DNA of 56,480 bases from a virus (Duplodnaviria; Caudoviricetes). Of the stretch, positions 9,983 to 19,089 are shown piece by piece; the stretch's first letter is position 1; every line of letters begins with the position of its first letter. Made by a program: the position numbers and the translations under genes. Below the pieces are notes generated by a model. It was not told the DNA's origin. It was given only the letters and a program-made list of their open reading frames with translations, and did not search any database. The DNA is taken from positions 1 through 56,480 of the IMG/VR virus record IMGVR_UViG_3300022200_000053, one strand, 5' to 3'.

Positions 9983-11050
9983 CTACATGCCAGGTTGGTA
10001 TTCAAGTGTATCGGGCAAACGTTCGGGATTATTATTTATAGAAGCAATTGCCCTATTTGTTAAGTTACCTGCAAGGCCTCCAGCAAGTGATCCAGCGAGT
10101 GTGATGCCAGCTGCACGACGCGCTGAACCAGGGACTCTGCGTTTAATTTCTTTGGTTCCCTTCATTTCTATGGTGACAGGAGGTTGAGATTTCATTGCAC
10201 TGCCCAGTGCAAGTGATCCACCTGTTAAAGCACCAACAGATTGCAGACCAATTGGGAAGCCAACAATACGAGCCTCAGGTTCACCTTGTAAATTTTCAGG
10301 TGTGAACTTAACCAAGCCAAGGCCGGTGACACCTTTGTCTTGGTAGTAATTCTTCATGTAATTTGTATAGCGTTCTTTAGTCAAACTTGGAATATCTTCT
10401 TTTGCTGTTTCATATTTTAAGGGGCGTCCCTGTCGACCAAGGAACATCCTCTCAATTAACTCAAGACCTGGTTGACCGCTTTCACGGCGATCTTCTGATC
10501 CTTGCTCTGCATAATTTTGAGCAAAACCTTTTTGACGGAACAATTCACCAGGATTTGTGATGTCAAATACACCCAGAGATGCAGCAGTTGGGGCGCCAAC
10601 AGCCAGACCAATTGCAGCTTTTTGTGTTGGATTAAACTCCTTATACATGGGTCCAGCGGCCTTCTCTGCAATTACATCTGCAATAGCCATGGGATGGTTA
10701 TAACGCCAATAAATGTGACGAGTGGAATCAGTACCAACATCAGTCAATAGCCTAGCGGCATAAGCACCAAGAAACTCTTGGGGTTTTTCACGAAGAGTAA
10801 TCCCCTTGACTTCCGCTAATTCTTTTTTAAATCTAGGACTTGCAGTACTGTAATTAGCAATTGAACTAAGGATGCGTTCTCCTTTTTCATCAACAAGCTC
10901 AGCCCGGGCTTCCGGCGCCATCAAATCAACGCCTGCCTGGAAACCCTGCTTTACTTTTTCAGGGAATAGACCACCAATGCCCGCCAAGGTATCTTGATAA
11001 ACCTGGCCCAGGAATGATTGTGCTTTTTGTTTTTGTACTGGAGTTGCCAT
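9983..11050 (-). CDS. Hypothetical (probable virion) protein
   Basis: 355-aa ORF in the late operon. Confidence 0.65.
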   Translation of the reverse strand: MATPVQKQKAQSFLGQVYQDTLAGIGGLFPEKVKQGFQAGVDLMAPEARAELVDEKGERILSSIANYSTASPRFKKELAEVKGITLREKPQEFLGAYAARLLTDVGTDSTRHIYWRYNHPMAIADVIAEKAAGPMYKEFNPTQKAAIGLAVGAPTAASLGVFDITNPGELFRQKGFAQNYAEQGSEDRRESGQPGLELIERMFLGRQGRPLKYETAKEDIPSLTKERYTNYMKNYYQDKGVTGLGLVKFTPENLQGEPEARIVGFPIGLQSVGALTGGSLALGSAMKSQPPVTIEMKGTKEIKRRVPGSARRAAGITLAGSLAGGLAGNLTNRAIASINNNPERLPDTLEYQPGM

Positions 11051-11616
11051 TATTGCCCTTCTGTTACGCGGTAAGGAAGTCCTTGGAGTTGATAAAGAGT
11101 TCCATCAGCTGTATATGGGGTATACATCTGATTTAAAACTTCTTGTTGTCCCAGCTGTTGTTGCTGTGTGATCATTTGATTTGTAGCTTGTTGCTGTTGC
11201 ATCTGCAGGAACAAAGGTTCTAAGCCAATAACGGCTGCCGCACTACCTCCAAGCATCGCTGCGTTCTGAGCCATGCTTGGCACATATTCTCTTTTAAGCG
11301 CGGAAGCAGGAATATTGCCAACACCTGTATATTTAGCAACATCTTCATCAGATGCATAGTTGCGATATTTGCCTGCCAGTTTGGTAATTCCTAGTGCTCG
11401 TGCAGCACCAAAGCTAAGCCCTAAGTCAGTCGCGCCAATTGCCAAGCCCGCGAGAGGGTTGCCGGTTGTAAGCGTGCTAAGAAAAGTGGTGAGTGCTGCT
11501 CCTGGGGCAGAGGAAATAAGCAGCTCTTTTCCGCCTTTATCCAGGACCTTTTGGCCGACTTTACTTTGTGCTGCTTGTTGTAAAAGACCGGAAAGCCTGC
11601 CTGCAAGTCCTGCCAT
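11050..11616 (-). CDS. Hypothetical membrane-associated/virion protein
   Basis: 188 aa with an AGGAGG RBS and hydrophobic Gly/Ala helices. Confidence 0.65.
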   Translation of the reverse strand: MAGLAGRLSGLLQQAAQSKVGQKVLDKGGKELLISSAPGAALTTFLSTLTTGNPLAGLAIGATDLGLSFGAARALGITKLAGKYRNYASDEDVAKYTGVGNIPASALKREYVPSMAQNAAMLGGSAAAVIGLEPLFLQMQQQQATNQMITQQQQLGQQEVLNQMYTPYTADGTLYQLQGLPYRVTEGQ

Positions 11617-11649
11617 ATTATCCTCCTAATACAACTATTTTATCTGTTG

Positions 11650-12303
11650 TTACTCTTGCGTTTTGCCAGGAGATACATTTGATTCAACTGTTTCTTCGTC
11701 AACCGTTTGTTTACCTTCTTTCTCTTCAGTAGCCTTCGTTGACTCCTTGCCTGATCCTTGACGCTTAAGAAGCTGAGCTACGGATTGGTTATCTTCAGCC
11801 TCATTTTTAGCACGACGTTCTGCTGCTGCCATCAGATAACCATTCGGATCAGGATTCCGAAGACGTGGCATCGGATTTTTTGCAGACTTACCAGGATTAA
11901 CAGTAGGACTTAATTTGTAAGCCTCAATCCAACCAGGATCAAAGTCTGGCTGGTCCTGTGGTCTTTGCGCAGTTCGTGGACGACCCTCATCAAAATCGTA
12001 GGCTTCTGGACGATCAAAACGACCTAACCCTTCAAACAGTTCATAGCTTGCATTGGGATCGTTATCATCAAAGAAAGGTGTATCACCAACAAAGTTAAGA
12101 TCAGGGTTCAAATTGACCTTTCTGGTCATAGACCTTTTTAACAGGTCGCGCTCATTAAACCTTGATGGGTTCCAGGGGTAATCACCGCTTTCTGGTTTAG
12201 ATCTAAATAGATCATCAAAATCTAATCGCTTAGCAATTTCGCCACGGCGATTAAACGGATTTTGAACATAACGACCTAAATCAAGCCTGGCGTCTTTTGC
12301 CAT
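11650..12303 (-). CDS. Hypothetical protein
   Basis: 217-aa ORF coupled to the upstream gene. Confidence 0.65.
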   Translation of the reverse strand: MAKDARLDLGRYVQNPFNRRGEIAKRLDFDDLFRSKPESGDYPWNPSRFNERDLLKRSMTRKVNLNPDLNFVGDTPFFDDNDPNASYELFEGLGRFDRPEAYDFDEGRPRTAQRPQDQPDFDPGWIEAYKLSPTVNPGKSAKNPMPRLRNPDPNGYLMAAAERRAKNEAEDNQSVAQLLKRQGSGKESTKATEEKEGKQTVDEETVESNVSPGKTQE

Positions 12304-12518
12304 TAGCCCTCAGACTTTTCTTTCTTTTTCTTTTTTAATCCTACCAAGGTTTGACGAAGACGCGCTTGTTTTACCGTCTTTTCGTCATACTTATCTGGAT
12401 TGGAAAGGACGTTCTCTTGAAGTTGAGCAGACGTAATACCACGGCGTTTTGCTTTGGCTGTAAAAGCGCCTTCCTTCATGTCCATGCCCTGGACCCATTT
12501 TTTCTTTTTCTTTGTCAT
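12303..12518 (-). CDS. Small basic protein
   Basis: 71 aa, Lys-rich (KEGAFTAKAKRRG...KQARLRQTL). Confidence 0.65.
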   Translation of the reverse strand: MTKKKKKWVQGMDMKEGAFTAKAKRRGITSAQLQENVLSNPDKYDEKTVKQARLRQTLVGLKKKKKEKSEG

Positions 12519-15500
12519 GACCGAGGAATATTTAAGTATTCTAATAGGAGATCTAATCCTCTACCTGTAATCCCCAATTGACGGGGATCGGCGGCAGAAG
12601 TTCGGATGGGTCCGCCACGGCGATATTCAGATCTCATTAGATCTTGACGCCAATCTTCGGCGCCAGGGTTAATACCGTAACGTGGGATGTTAGTGACCGT
12701 ACTACCCTTTGTGTATCCTGGTACTGTCACAGGTTTATCCATGCGGGGGTAAGCAATTCTCTGACCTTGAGGAGTAAGTTGAGTAACGTAAACACCTTCA
12801 CCTGCTCCTCGTACAGCTTGTTTGGTCATACCACCGATACGAGATAAACCAGAAGACTGAGTCAGTGGACCAATCGGTGGAGGTTCTTGACCGGTAATGA
12901 AACGCTCTTCCGGATAAAGACTAAAGTAACGGGCTTTCTCTCCACGGCGAGTTAAGTCAATACTGCTAGTAGGAGCGCCAATATCGCGGCGTGTTCCAGT
13001 GCTTGCTGCCGTAGGTGGAACAACAACTACTGTGCCACCAGACATCTCGCCAATAAAGGGGCTGCGTGGACCAGGTACGCTACGGCCAGGCTGGTACTGT
13101 GCGTAACCGGTACGTTGACTTGCTTCTGGACCCGTAACGCCTAAAGTTCCTTTTAGACTCATAGGAGAAATAGAAGTAGCTTGTGGTTTTGCTTCAGGAT
13201 AAAATTCTAGTTGACTTGTTGCCGCAATCCCTGGAGTCCTGTATGGTTCGGGAGTACTAATGGCTTTTTGCTGTAATCCACCGGCAATAGCATCTGCCAA
13301 GAAGTCCTGTGCATTTGCCTCGACTTGCCTTGAAATTTCACGATTGGCACGAGTACCTGCAACCTTGTAAACAGTACCAAGAACATCAGGATTATCTTGT
13401 GTCAGATAACGTCCTGTAGGTGTGTCGACGGATCCAGTAATAGGAGGTGTTGCAAGTACAGTATTTGCTTTGCTCTTGCCTGTAAAAATGACAGGTCCAG
13501 CGGCTTCTGCTGCTGCACCTGTGTATACATCGGAAGCACTAAGAACGGGGCCAAGCAACTGAATCCGTTCCGCTTTTGTCATTTTCTTTAGTTCATCCGG
13601 ATCAATATCAGTTACAAAACCAGCCCTCATTTGCTGTACAGAAGGAAGCACAGGTAAAGGTTCTGAGGGTTCAACAATCATTCCTCGACGCAATGTTTCC
13701 ATTGATCGAGCAAGATCTTGTGCTGGACCAGGGGCAATTGTTGGTCTCTGCTGACTTTGAATACGAGCTTGTTGACGAATTTCTTCCGAAGCAGCAACAG
13801 AAGCTCTCGCACGGTTTAAGGCAGCAGTTTGTAATGCTGTGGGTTCTGGATTCTTTAAAGCTCTTGCAACTAAAGTTTGAGATGCAAGATTAGTAAGATA
13901 ATTATCAAGCGAAGTGCTGCCGCTTTCTAAATCAACAGGTAAATTTAGCTGCCTGGGATCTTGATACCTTGTGAATTTCTGAGCTACTCGTTCTTTTAAT
14001 GCTTGTCTAAACGGAGAGTCTTGACCTTCAAGCACCATTGAAGTCAGCTCTTCATCCGATGCCCTACCGATGATAGGTTTAACTTCATTAGTTAAGAGAA
14101 CATGTTCTTTATATTGAGTACCTTGACCCTGCCTGGCTTTTACTCCCGTATCTGCAGAAGCATATTCCAGGCCTGATTCATCCATATAACTAATATCCCC
14201 AGCCCTATTGAGTTTGCCGCCACGGAGCGCTTTGCCACGCATTGTGGTTTCAACTTCGGGAACATCGCCAAGCAACAGAGATACAACATCTTCTCCCTCA
14301 ACGCCGGCTTGTGCTCCGCGAAGCTCTTGTCGCTGGCGAGCATTATCAACAAGTTTTAATTCAGGATTGACTTCTTCCCGATACCTACGGTTAAAGTCTT
14401 TAGCAAAATCTTCAGGAGAGAGTTGCGATGTTTGTGGCTGCACTTCACCACGAGCTTCGGCAATAATTTGCTCAGCCCGATCCTTGAGTTCTTGCGCCCG
14501 TTGAATGCGATCTTGAACTTGTGCCGCTTGACGCCTATTTTCTGCAGAATAATCAAAATCAGTGTCAACTTCTTGAGCAAGTTGCTGTCTACGTAAATAT
14601 TCTTGTGCTCTGTTAGTTAGATCATCTGATTCTTGAAAAAGTCCAACAATCCTCTCCATCCTTGGAGCTGCGCCTGACGGAAGGTTAATGGCTTGTTTGT
14701 TTCGAAGATCAATAACAGTTAAACCTTCTACCTGGTCTACAGGCATACCATCTGGACGCTGAGAAGCAACGGTGTTAATGGCTGCATCAACCTCAATAGC
14801 ACCAGCGGATTCAGGTGAGGCTTGTGCCAGGGTTGCCAGCCGTGCGTCAGCCCGATCTTCTGCTAGTTCAATAGCAGCGAGGTTTTCATCCTCATTACGC
14901 TGGAATGCAAGCTTCACACGACCGGTCTGCTGATCTTCTGCAGAGTTGACTGCGTTAACAAATTGATCGACTTGATTCAAGTTAGAAGAAACCTGTTGGT
15001 CAACAAGAGTGTCTGCTTCCGAGTAACCAGCTTGCTTTAGGTATTGCTGACTAAAAGAATCAGGACTCTTGCCACGCCTGAAGATTTCACCTGTATTTGG
15101 ATCTGTAATTAATTCAACGTCGACGCCACTTTCTGGCCTGTAAACCCTTGGTAGCTCAGACTCAGGTTTGGCAGCCACAGAAGCAATAACTTCTTTGCGG
15201 GTGAGTGGAGTAAGTGGATACGTACGTTCAGTTTGTTTTCCAAGAACCTGTGCAAGTTCAGCCTCCGTTGGTTCAGGGAGATCACCAAGGACAAAAGACA
15301 TCTCCTTGATGTTTGGACCAGGGGGGACTGTTGGTGTACCAAAAGGATCCGTAATTGTTTCTCGTCTTGTCCATGGATCAAAGTATGTCTTGGGCTGAGG
15401 AAGATCTGCAAGAACAATGCCTTGTGGACGTTCGGCCCTTGCCTGGCGCACAACCTCTTCTGCTTGTGCTTGACGTGCAGTTTGAGTTGTTGGTGCAGGA

Positions 15501-15871
15501 CGAGAAGGTGTTACGTCAACCTGTGGAGACGAAGAAGCCCTTGGAGTACGGCCCGCAAACTCATATACGAAGTTGGGATCGACACCACTCAGGTCAACCG
15601 TGGCTCCAGTTTTGGTAGCACCAGGGCGAACGATGTCTGCTGCACGTTGCCTTGCGTTGCGAAGATCAAAAACTTCAGGATTTGCCCTTGCAATACGCTT
15701 GCCTGCTACGACAGCACCAGCAGTTGCACCAGCGGCCAGGGCAATTTTGCCAATGGTGTCGAGTAAGTTGTTTTGACGGGGTGCAGCTTCCGATTCACGG
15801 CGTTTTTTATCTTCTTCCGAAAGATATGCACCCATTAGGGCCGTATTCATGGCATTGGTATTTGAATACAT
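12515..15871 (-). CDS. Large low-complexity protein (probable internal virion protein)
   Basis: 1118-aa uninterrupted ORF and first gene of the minus-strand arm. Confidence 0.7.
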   Translation of the reverse strand: MYSNTNAMNTALMGAYLSEEDKKRRESEAAPRQNNLLDTIGKIALAAGATAGAVVAGKRIARANPEVFDLRNARQRAADIVRPGATKTGATVDLSGVDPNFVYEFAGRTPRASSSPQVDVTPSRPAPTTQTARQAQAEEVVRQARAERPQGIVLADLPQPKTYFDPWTRRETITDPFGTPTVPPGPNIKEMSFVLGDLPEPTEAELAQVLGKQTERTYPLTPLTRKEVIASVAAKPESELPRVYRPESGVDVELITDPNTGEIFRRGKSPDSFSQQYLKQAGYSEADTLVDQQVSSNLNQVDQFVNAVNSAEDQQTGRVKLAFQRNEDENLAAIELAEDRADARLATLAQASPESAGAIEVDAAINTVASQRPDGMPVDQVEGLTVIDLRNKQAINLPSGAAPRMERIVGLFQESDDLTNRAQEYLRRQQLAQEVDTDFDYSAENRRQAAQVQDRIQRAQELKDRAEQIIAEARGEVQPQTSQLSPEDFAKDFNRRYREEVNPELKLVDNARQRQELRGAQAGVEGEDVVSLLLGDVPEVETTMRGKALRGGKLNRAGDISYMDESGLEYASADTGVKARQGQGTQYKEHVLLTNEVKPIIGRASDEELTSMVLEGQDSPFRQALKERVAQKFTRYQDPRQLNLPVDLESGSTSLDNYLTNLASQTLVARALKNPEPTALQTAALNRARASVAASEEIRQQARIQSQQRPTIAPGPAQDLARSMETLRRGMIVEPSEPLPVLPSVQQMRAGFVTDIDPDELKKMTKAERIQLLGPVLSASDVYTGAAAEAAGPVIFTGKSKANTVLATPPITGSVDTPTGRYLTQDNPDVLGTVYKVAGTRANREISRQVEANAQDFLADAIAGGLQQKAISTPEPYRTPGIAATSQLEFYPEAKPQATSISPMSLKGTLGVTGPEASQRTGYAQYQPGRSVPGPRSPFIGEMSGGTVVVVPPTAASTGTRRDIGAPTSSIDLTRRGEKARYFSLYPEERFITGQEPPPIGPLTQSSGLSRIGGMTKQAVRGAGEGVYVTQLTPQGQRIAYPRMDKPVTVPGYTKGSTVTNIPRYGINPGAEDWRQDLMRSEYRRGGPIRTSAADPRQLGITGRGLDLLLEYLNIPRS

Positions 15872-15980
15872 GCGCCTTAAAGCTTTATTGCTTAAGATTT
15901 TTACCTTTACACATTCTATTGTGCGTGAATCCAGGGGATATGGGGTTTATTATTGAGAAATACATGGATTTCTACCAGGA

Positions 15981-16193
15981 ATGGAAGCTGGTAAGCGCCA
16001 AAAACGGGTCGAAGCCCTAGAGGCAATTAAAAACGAAGCATTAAGACGTGCGCGAGAAGGAGAAGACTCCCTTGAGGTGCGTGATTTTGTAACTTCGGCC
16101 AAAAAAGAACTAGCTTATGAGCTGCCTGACGAGGAAGCATTTAAAAAAGCAATGAATGCAACGCTCGCATACAAGGCAAAGAAGGAAAAATAA
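15981..16193 (+). CDS. Hypothetical protein
   Basis: 70-aa charged ORF followed by an intrinsic terminator. Confidence 0.6.
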   Translation: MEAGKRQKRVEALEAIKNEALRRAREGEDSLEVRDFVTSAKKELAYELPDEEAFKKAMNATLAYKAKKEK

Positions 16194-16217
16194 TAAATTT
16201 TTAAAACATTGATTAAC

Positions 16218-16244
16218 GCCGGGGAGAAAGACCCCGGCTTTTTT
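16218..16244 (+). terminator. Rho-independent terminator
   Basis: GCCGGGG-agaaaga-CCCCGGC hairpin followed by TTTTTT. Confidence 0.85.
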
Positions 16245-16637
16245 GTTTAAATTTTTGGGTAAAACGTCATTTTTACCTACAAAAGTGCGTTTTTACCTTC
16301 AAAGTTAGGCCCTTTATAGCTCCAAATAGGGGATAAAATTACCTGACGCATCTCACACCCGCCCACCGATTGGGAATGCGTAGGGAAAAAAAGAAATGCG
16401 GAGTGTTACCCATGATACACCCCCAAATCTACAGAGAAGAACGTCAGGAAATGCTAACAATTCCCCTCTGATTCGCGCGGAACCCCCAAATCGCGCTCCC
16501 TGACTGGAGTTTGCAGAAGCAGACTGTTGTCTAAAGGGAGCTTGGGTTAATACCCGACGAAGAAGATCGGGATTTAGAGCAGTAACTGTCGTCGAGCTGG
16601 ACGTTAAACGTAGCATTGTTCACTCGCATTCAACACC

Positions 16638-16883
16638 ATGAACAAGACCAACAAGATGGCGATGGAAGCCAAAGCGAAAGCTGAGGCAATGGGTTGGGAA
16701 GCTCGGGTTCAACTGGACCAGAGCGACGTTCTCGACATGGCAACGGTGGTTGCTTGGAAGAAGGGAGCAACAGATGAGAGCCCAGCTCGCTACATCCGAT
16801 TCACGGAAGAACGGGAATCGGTTAGAGGTTGGGTTCTAGTTAAGCACGCAATGATCAAGCTGGATTATTGCAACTGTTACTGA
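16638..16883 (+). CDS. First early-region hypothetical protein
   Basis: 81 aa; its stop codon lies in the first family-A repeat. Confidence 0.6.
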   Translation: MNKTNKMAMEAKAKAEAMGWEARVQLDQSDVLDMATVVAWKKGATDESPARYIRFTEERESVRGWVLVKHAMIKLDYCNCY

Positions 16884-16950
16884 TAGCTGGTGCGAAGGGA
16901 GGTTCGATTCCTCCCATCAGACTTGCCCTCAGCGGAGATGGGCACCGCAC
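16880..16950 (+). repeat. Family A element 1 (tRNA-elbow mimic plus TGCCC/GGGCA domain)
   Basis: CTGAT/ATCAG outer stem and GGGAGG-TTCGATT-CCTCCC T-arm, then TTGCCCTCAGCGGAGATGGGCACCGCAC; identical to copy 4. Confidence 0.9.
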
Positions 16951-16964
16951 AACAGGAGATTCCA

Positions 16965-17159
16965 ATGAAGGTTTCTTTTCCCGTTGCATTGACTGCATTC
17001 ATTGCAGTTCCTCTTGCGATCCAAGTTGTTTCTGCAGTGGCTGTATTACCAGCTCTGGAGAAGGCGACGACAGAACAGTGCAAGACCCATGATTGGCCTG
17101 CTCACCAGCATGCTGCTCACATGGATTTCTGTACTAGCAACGGCTACCCAACCAACTGA
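16965..17159 (+). CDS. Small membrane-anchored protein, paralog of 17693-17872
   Basis: AGGAG RBS; TM helix followed by L(E/D)KATxEQCxTHDWP...CxxNGY. Confidence 0.75.
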   Translation: MKVSFPVALTAFIAVPLAIQVVSAVAVLPALEKATTEQCKTHDWPAHQHAAHMDFCTSNGYPTN

Positions 17160-17232
17160 GTACAAGGCGTGATGCCGGGGGATCGAATCCCCTACTCAGT
17201 TATTGCCCAGTACGCAGAGATGGGCACTGCAC
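17154..17232 (+). repeat. Family A element 2
   Basis: AACTGAGTA/TACTCAGTT stem, GGC-GTGAT-GCC hairpin, GGGGG-ATCGAAT-CCCCT arm, then TGCCC...GCAG.AGAT.GGGCA.CTGC. Confidence 0.9.
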
Positions 17233-17247
17233 AATCAGGAGATCCCT

Positions 17248-17388
17248 GTGGGTTACAAGCATCTTTCGGCGGTAGAGCGCCGCATCGTTTTCCAGACCTG
17301 GAAAGCATGGCAGCTTTATCCGGTGCCAAAGCACTGGGTACAGCAGGCCATCCAGGAAGCCCTGATTAATTTCAGGTCTCCCAACTGA
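17248..17388 (+). CDS. Small hypothetical protein
   Basis: GTG start after an AGGAG RBS, between two family-A elements. Confidence 0.6.
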   Translation: MGYKHLSAVERRIVFQTWKAWQLYPVPKHWVQQAIQEALINFRSPN

Positions 17389-17459
17389 TCCGTAAAAGCG
17401 GTCATCCCCGGTGCAATGCCGGGGTCAGTTATTGCCCCCAGCGGAGATGGGCACCGCAC
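17383..17459 (+). repeat. Family A element 3
   Basis: AACTGA/TCAGTT stem, CCG-TAAAAG-CGG hairpin, CCCCGG-TGCAATG-CCGGGG arm, then the conserved 3' domain. Confidence 0.9.
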
Positions 17460-17472
17460 CACGGAGCAACTC

Positions 17473-17610
17473 ATGGCTATCCGTAAGAACCTTGCCAAGA
17501 CCCTGATCAACGCCGCCAAGGCGGTGGAGAAGGATCAGACAAAAGAACGCATCCAGAAATGGGTGCATGACTCAAGGTTCAAGCTTGCAAAGGTTATTGA
17601 ACCTAACTGA
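17473..17610 (+). CDS. Small basic hypothetical protein
   Basis: MAIRKNLAKTLINAAKAV...; GGAG RBS. Confidence 0.65.
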   Translation: MAIRKNLAKTLINAAKAVEKDQTKERIQKWVHDSRFKLAKVIEPN

Positions 17611-17677
17611 TAGCTGGTGCGAAGGGAGGTTCGATTCCTCCCATCAGACTTGCCCTCAGCGGAGATGGGCACCGCAC
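17607..17677 (+). repeat. Family A element 4
   Basis: Exact copy of element 1. Confidence 0.9.
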
Positions 17678-17692
17678 AACCAGGAGTTTCCT

Positions 17693-17872
17693 GTGACCAA
17701 GCTTATTGCTTCCTACGTAATCATTGCCGCATTCATCATGGGCATTGGTGGACAGATTATTGTTCACCAACTGGACAAGGCTACGGCTGAGCAATGCCGT
17801 ACACACGACTGGCCGAAGGAGGCCGACCAGATCCACAGGGACTGGTGCATTGGTAACGGCTACCAGATCTAG
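17693..17872 (+). CDS. Small membrane-anchored protein, paralog of 16965-17159
   Basis: GTG start with AGGAG RBS; LDKATAEQCRTHDWP...CIGNGY. Confidence 0.75.
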   Translation: MTKLIASYVIIAAFIMGIGGQIIVHQLDKATAEQCRTHDWPKEADQIHRDWCIGNGYQI

Positions 17873-17946
17873 CTGATCCGTTAAAGCGGGTTGGGAGGTG
17901 CGAACCCTCCCACAGTTATTGCCCTTAGCGGAGATGGGCACCGCAC
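17870..17946 (+). repeat. Family A element 5
   Basis: CCG-TTAAAG-CGG hairpin, TGGGAGG-TGCGAAC-CCTCCCA arm, conserved 3' domain. Confidence 0.9.
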
Positions 17947-17960
17947 ACTAACTCAGCTCA

Positions 17961-18149
17961 ATGGACATCCTCTACTTCACCCTGACCACCGAAGATGCTG
18001 TCTACAAGTTCCAGGTCAACAAGGCAGAGAACTTGGTGCGTGTCACCAAGATGATTCTCAAGAACAAGTGCTTTGGAGAGTGGCATCGTTCCACGTCAAT
18101 GACTGTAGACGCAGGGCGAAAGCTCGTGCGTCAACTACAGGCCAGGTGA
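17961..18149 (+). CDS. Small hypothetical protein
   Basis: 62 aa between family-A elements. Confidence 0.65.
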   Translation: MDILYFTLTTEDAVYKFQVNKAENLVRVTKMILKNKCFGEWHRSTSMTVDAGRKLVRQLQAR

Positions 18150-18217
18150 GTATAGCTCCCAAGCCAGGTGCAATGCCTGGCTCTGGTCATTGCCCCCAGC
18201 GGAGATGGGCACCGCAC
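18140..18217 (+). repeat. Family A element 6
   Basis: GGCCAG/CTGGTC stem, GAG-TATAG-CTC hairpin, AGCCAGG-TGCAATG-CCTGGCT arm, conserved 3' domain. Confidence 0.85.
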
Positions 18218-18233
18218 ACTCGGAACTAACAAC

Positions 18234-18425
18234 GTGTTCTTCGTTGTTCTCAACAACCAGCAGCACAGTGCACACTTCTGCCAAGAAGATGCGTACATCG
18301 AAGCTGCTCAACTGGACCACATGCTCAACTCTCCAGAGTTGAACGATGGAGTCCAGAACTTCAACGAGGTATCCGTTCTCTCCTTCGTGGAGATGATGGA
18401 GTCTCCGGTTGAGATGGTCATCTGA
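18234..18425 (+). CDS. Small acidic hypothetical protein
   Basis: GTG start, between family-A elements. Confidence 0.55.
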   Translation: MFFVVLNNQQHSAHFCQEDAYIEAAQLDHMLNSPELNDGVQNFNEVSVLSFVEMMESPVEMVI

Positions 18426-18492
18426 CCAGGCGTGATGCCGGGGGATCGAATCCCCCACTCAACCATTGCCCCCACGGGAGATGGGCACCCAC
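18407..18492 (+). repeat. Family A element 7 (near-cloverleaf)
   Basis: GGTTGAG/CTCAACC 7-bp stem enclosing TGGTC..GACCA, GGC-GTGAT-GCC and GGGGG-ATCGAAT-CCCCC hairpins; 3' domain carries the GGG/CCC variant. Confidence 0.85.
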
Positions 18493-18506
18493 ACATGGAG
18501 AGATCC

Positions 18507-18809
18507 ATGCACGTCTACCAGCTTACCGAGAATCCTCGTGATTCGTTTTACGGTGGCGATGATTTGTCCACTGTCATCGGTTATTACGCTTCTAAGCGTA
18601 AAGCAGATGCCAAGGCTGTAGAGCTATCAGCTCGACAAGCTAAGGAAGAAGAGCTGGATTGGATTACCAATCCTTGCGAATGCGGTGATCGCCAGTGTGA
18701 TCGCCGTGACAAGTTCTTCACATCTTGGCATGTGGACAGAATTGATCTAACTGAGTTGTCGATGCGGCGACTCATGGAGATCGAGTTGGCTGATGCCGAC
18801 GAAGACTGA
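18507..18809 (+). CDS. Hypothetical protein with a CxC-x4-C cluster
   Basis: GGAG RBS; MHVYQLTENPRDS...PCECGDRQC. Confidence 0.65.
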   Translation: MHVYQLTENPRDSFYGGDDLSTVIGYYASKRKADAKAVELSARQAKEEELDWITNPCECGDRQCDRRDKFFTSWHVDRIDLTELSMRRLMEIELADADED

Positions 18810-18879
18810 TCCGTCAAAGCGGGTGACCAGGTGCAAACCCTGGTCCAGTTATTGCCCCCAGCGGAGATGGGCACCGCAC
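18804..18879 (+). repeat. Family A element 8
   Basis: CCG-TCAAAG-CGG hairpin, GACCAGG-TGCAAAC-CCTGGTC arm, conserved 3' domain. Confidence 0.9.
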
Positions 18880-18893
18880 ACCAGGAGTTTCCT

Positions 18894-19088
18894 GTGGACC
18901 AAGCTCTTGCTTACACTCTTGAAGTGCTGATCTCCCTTCGTGAGGCAGCAATTGAAGATTGCTGTCAGAGAATGGTTAGCCATGAAACCTGCATGGCCGA
19001 GATGGTTGATCGTTTCATTAAGGCTAATGATCCGAATGGTGAGATTGCCAGGAAGGTCTATGCCTCAATGTTTAGGTCAGACCACTAA
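18894..19088 (+). CDS. Small hypothetical protein
   Basis: GTG start after AGGAG. Confidence 0.6.
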   Translation: MDQALAYTLEVLISLREAAIEDCCQRMVSHETCMAEMVDRFIKANDPNGEIARKVYASMFRSDH

Positions 19089-19089
19089 T

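Noticed and set aside
16353-16616. 87-aa minus-strand ORF in the switch region
   Set aside because: No clear RBS or recognisable composition; likely spurious
16923-16950. Theta/HDV-like ribozyme 3' of the tRNA-like units
   Set aside because: Only two helices are present; no P3/L3, P1.1 or catalytic-C J4/2 segment could be found
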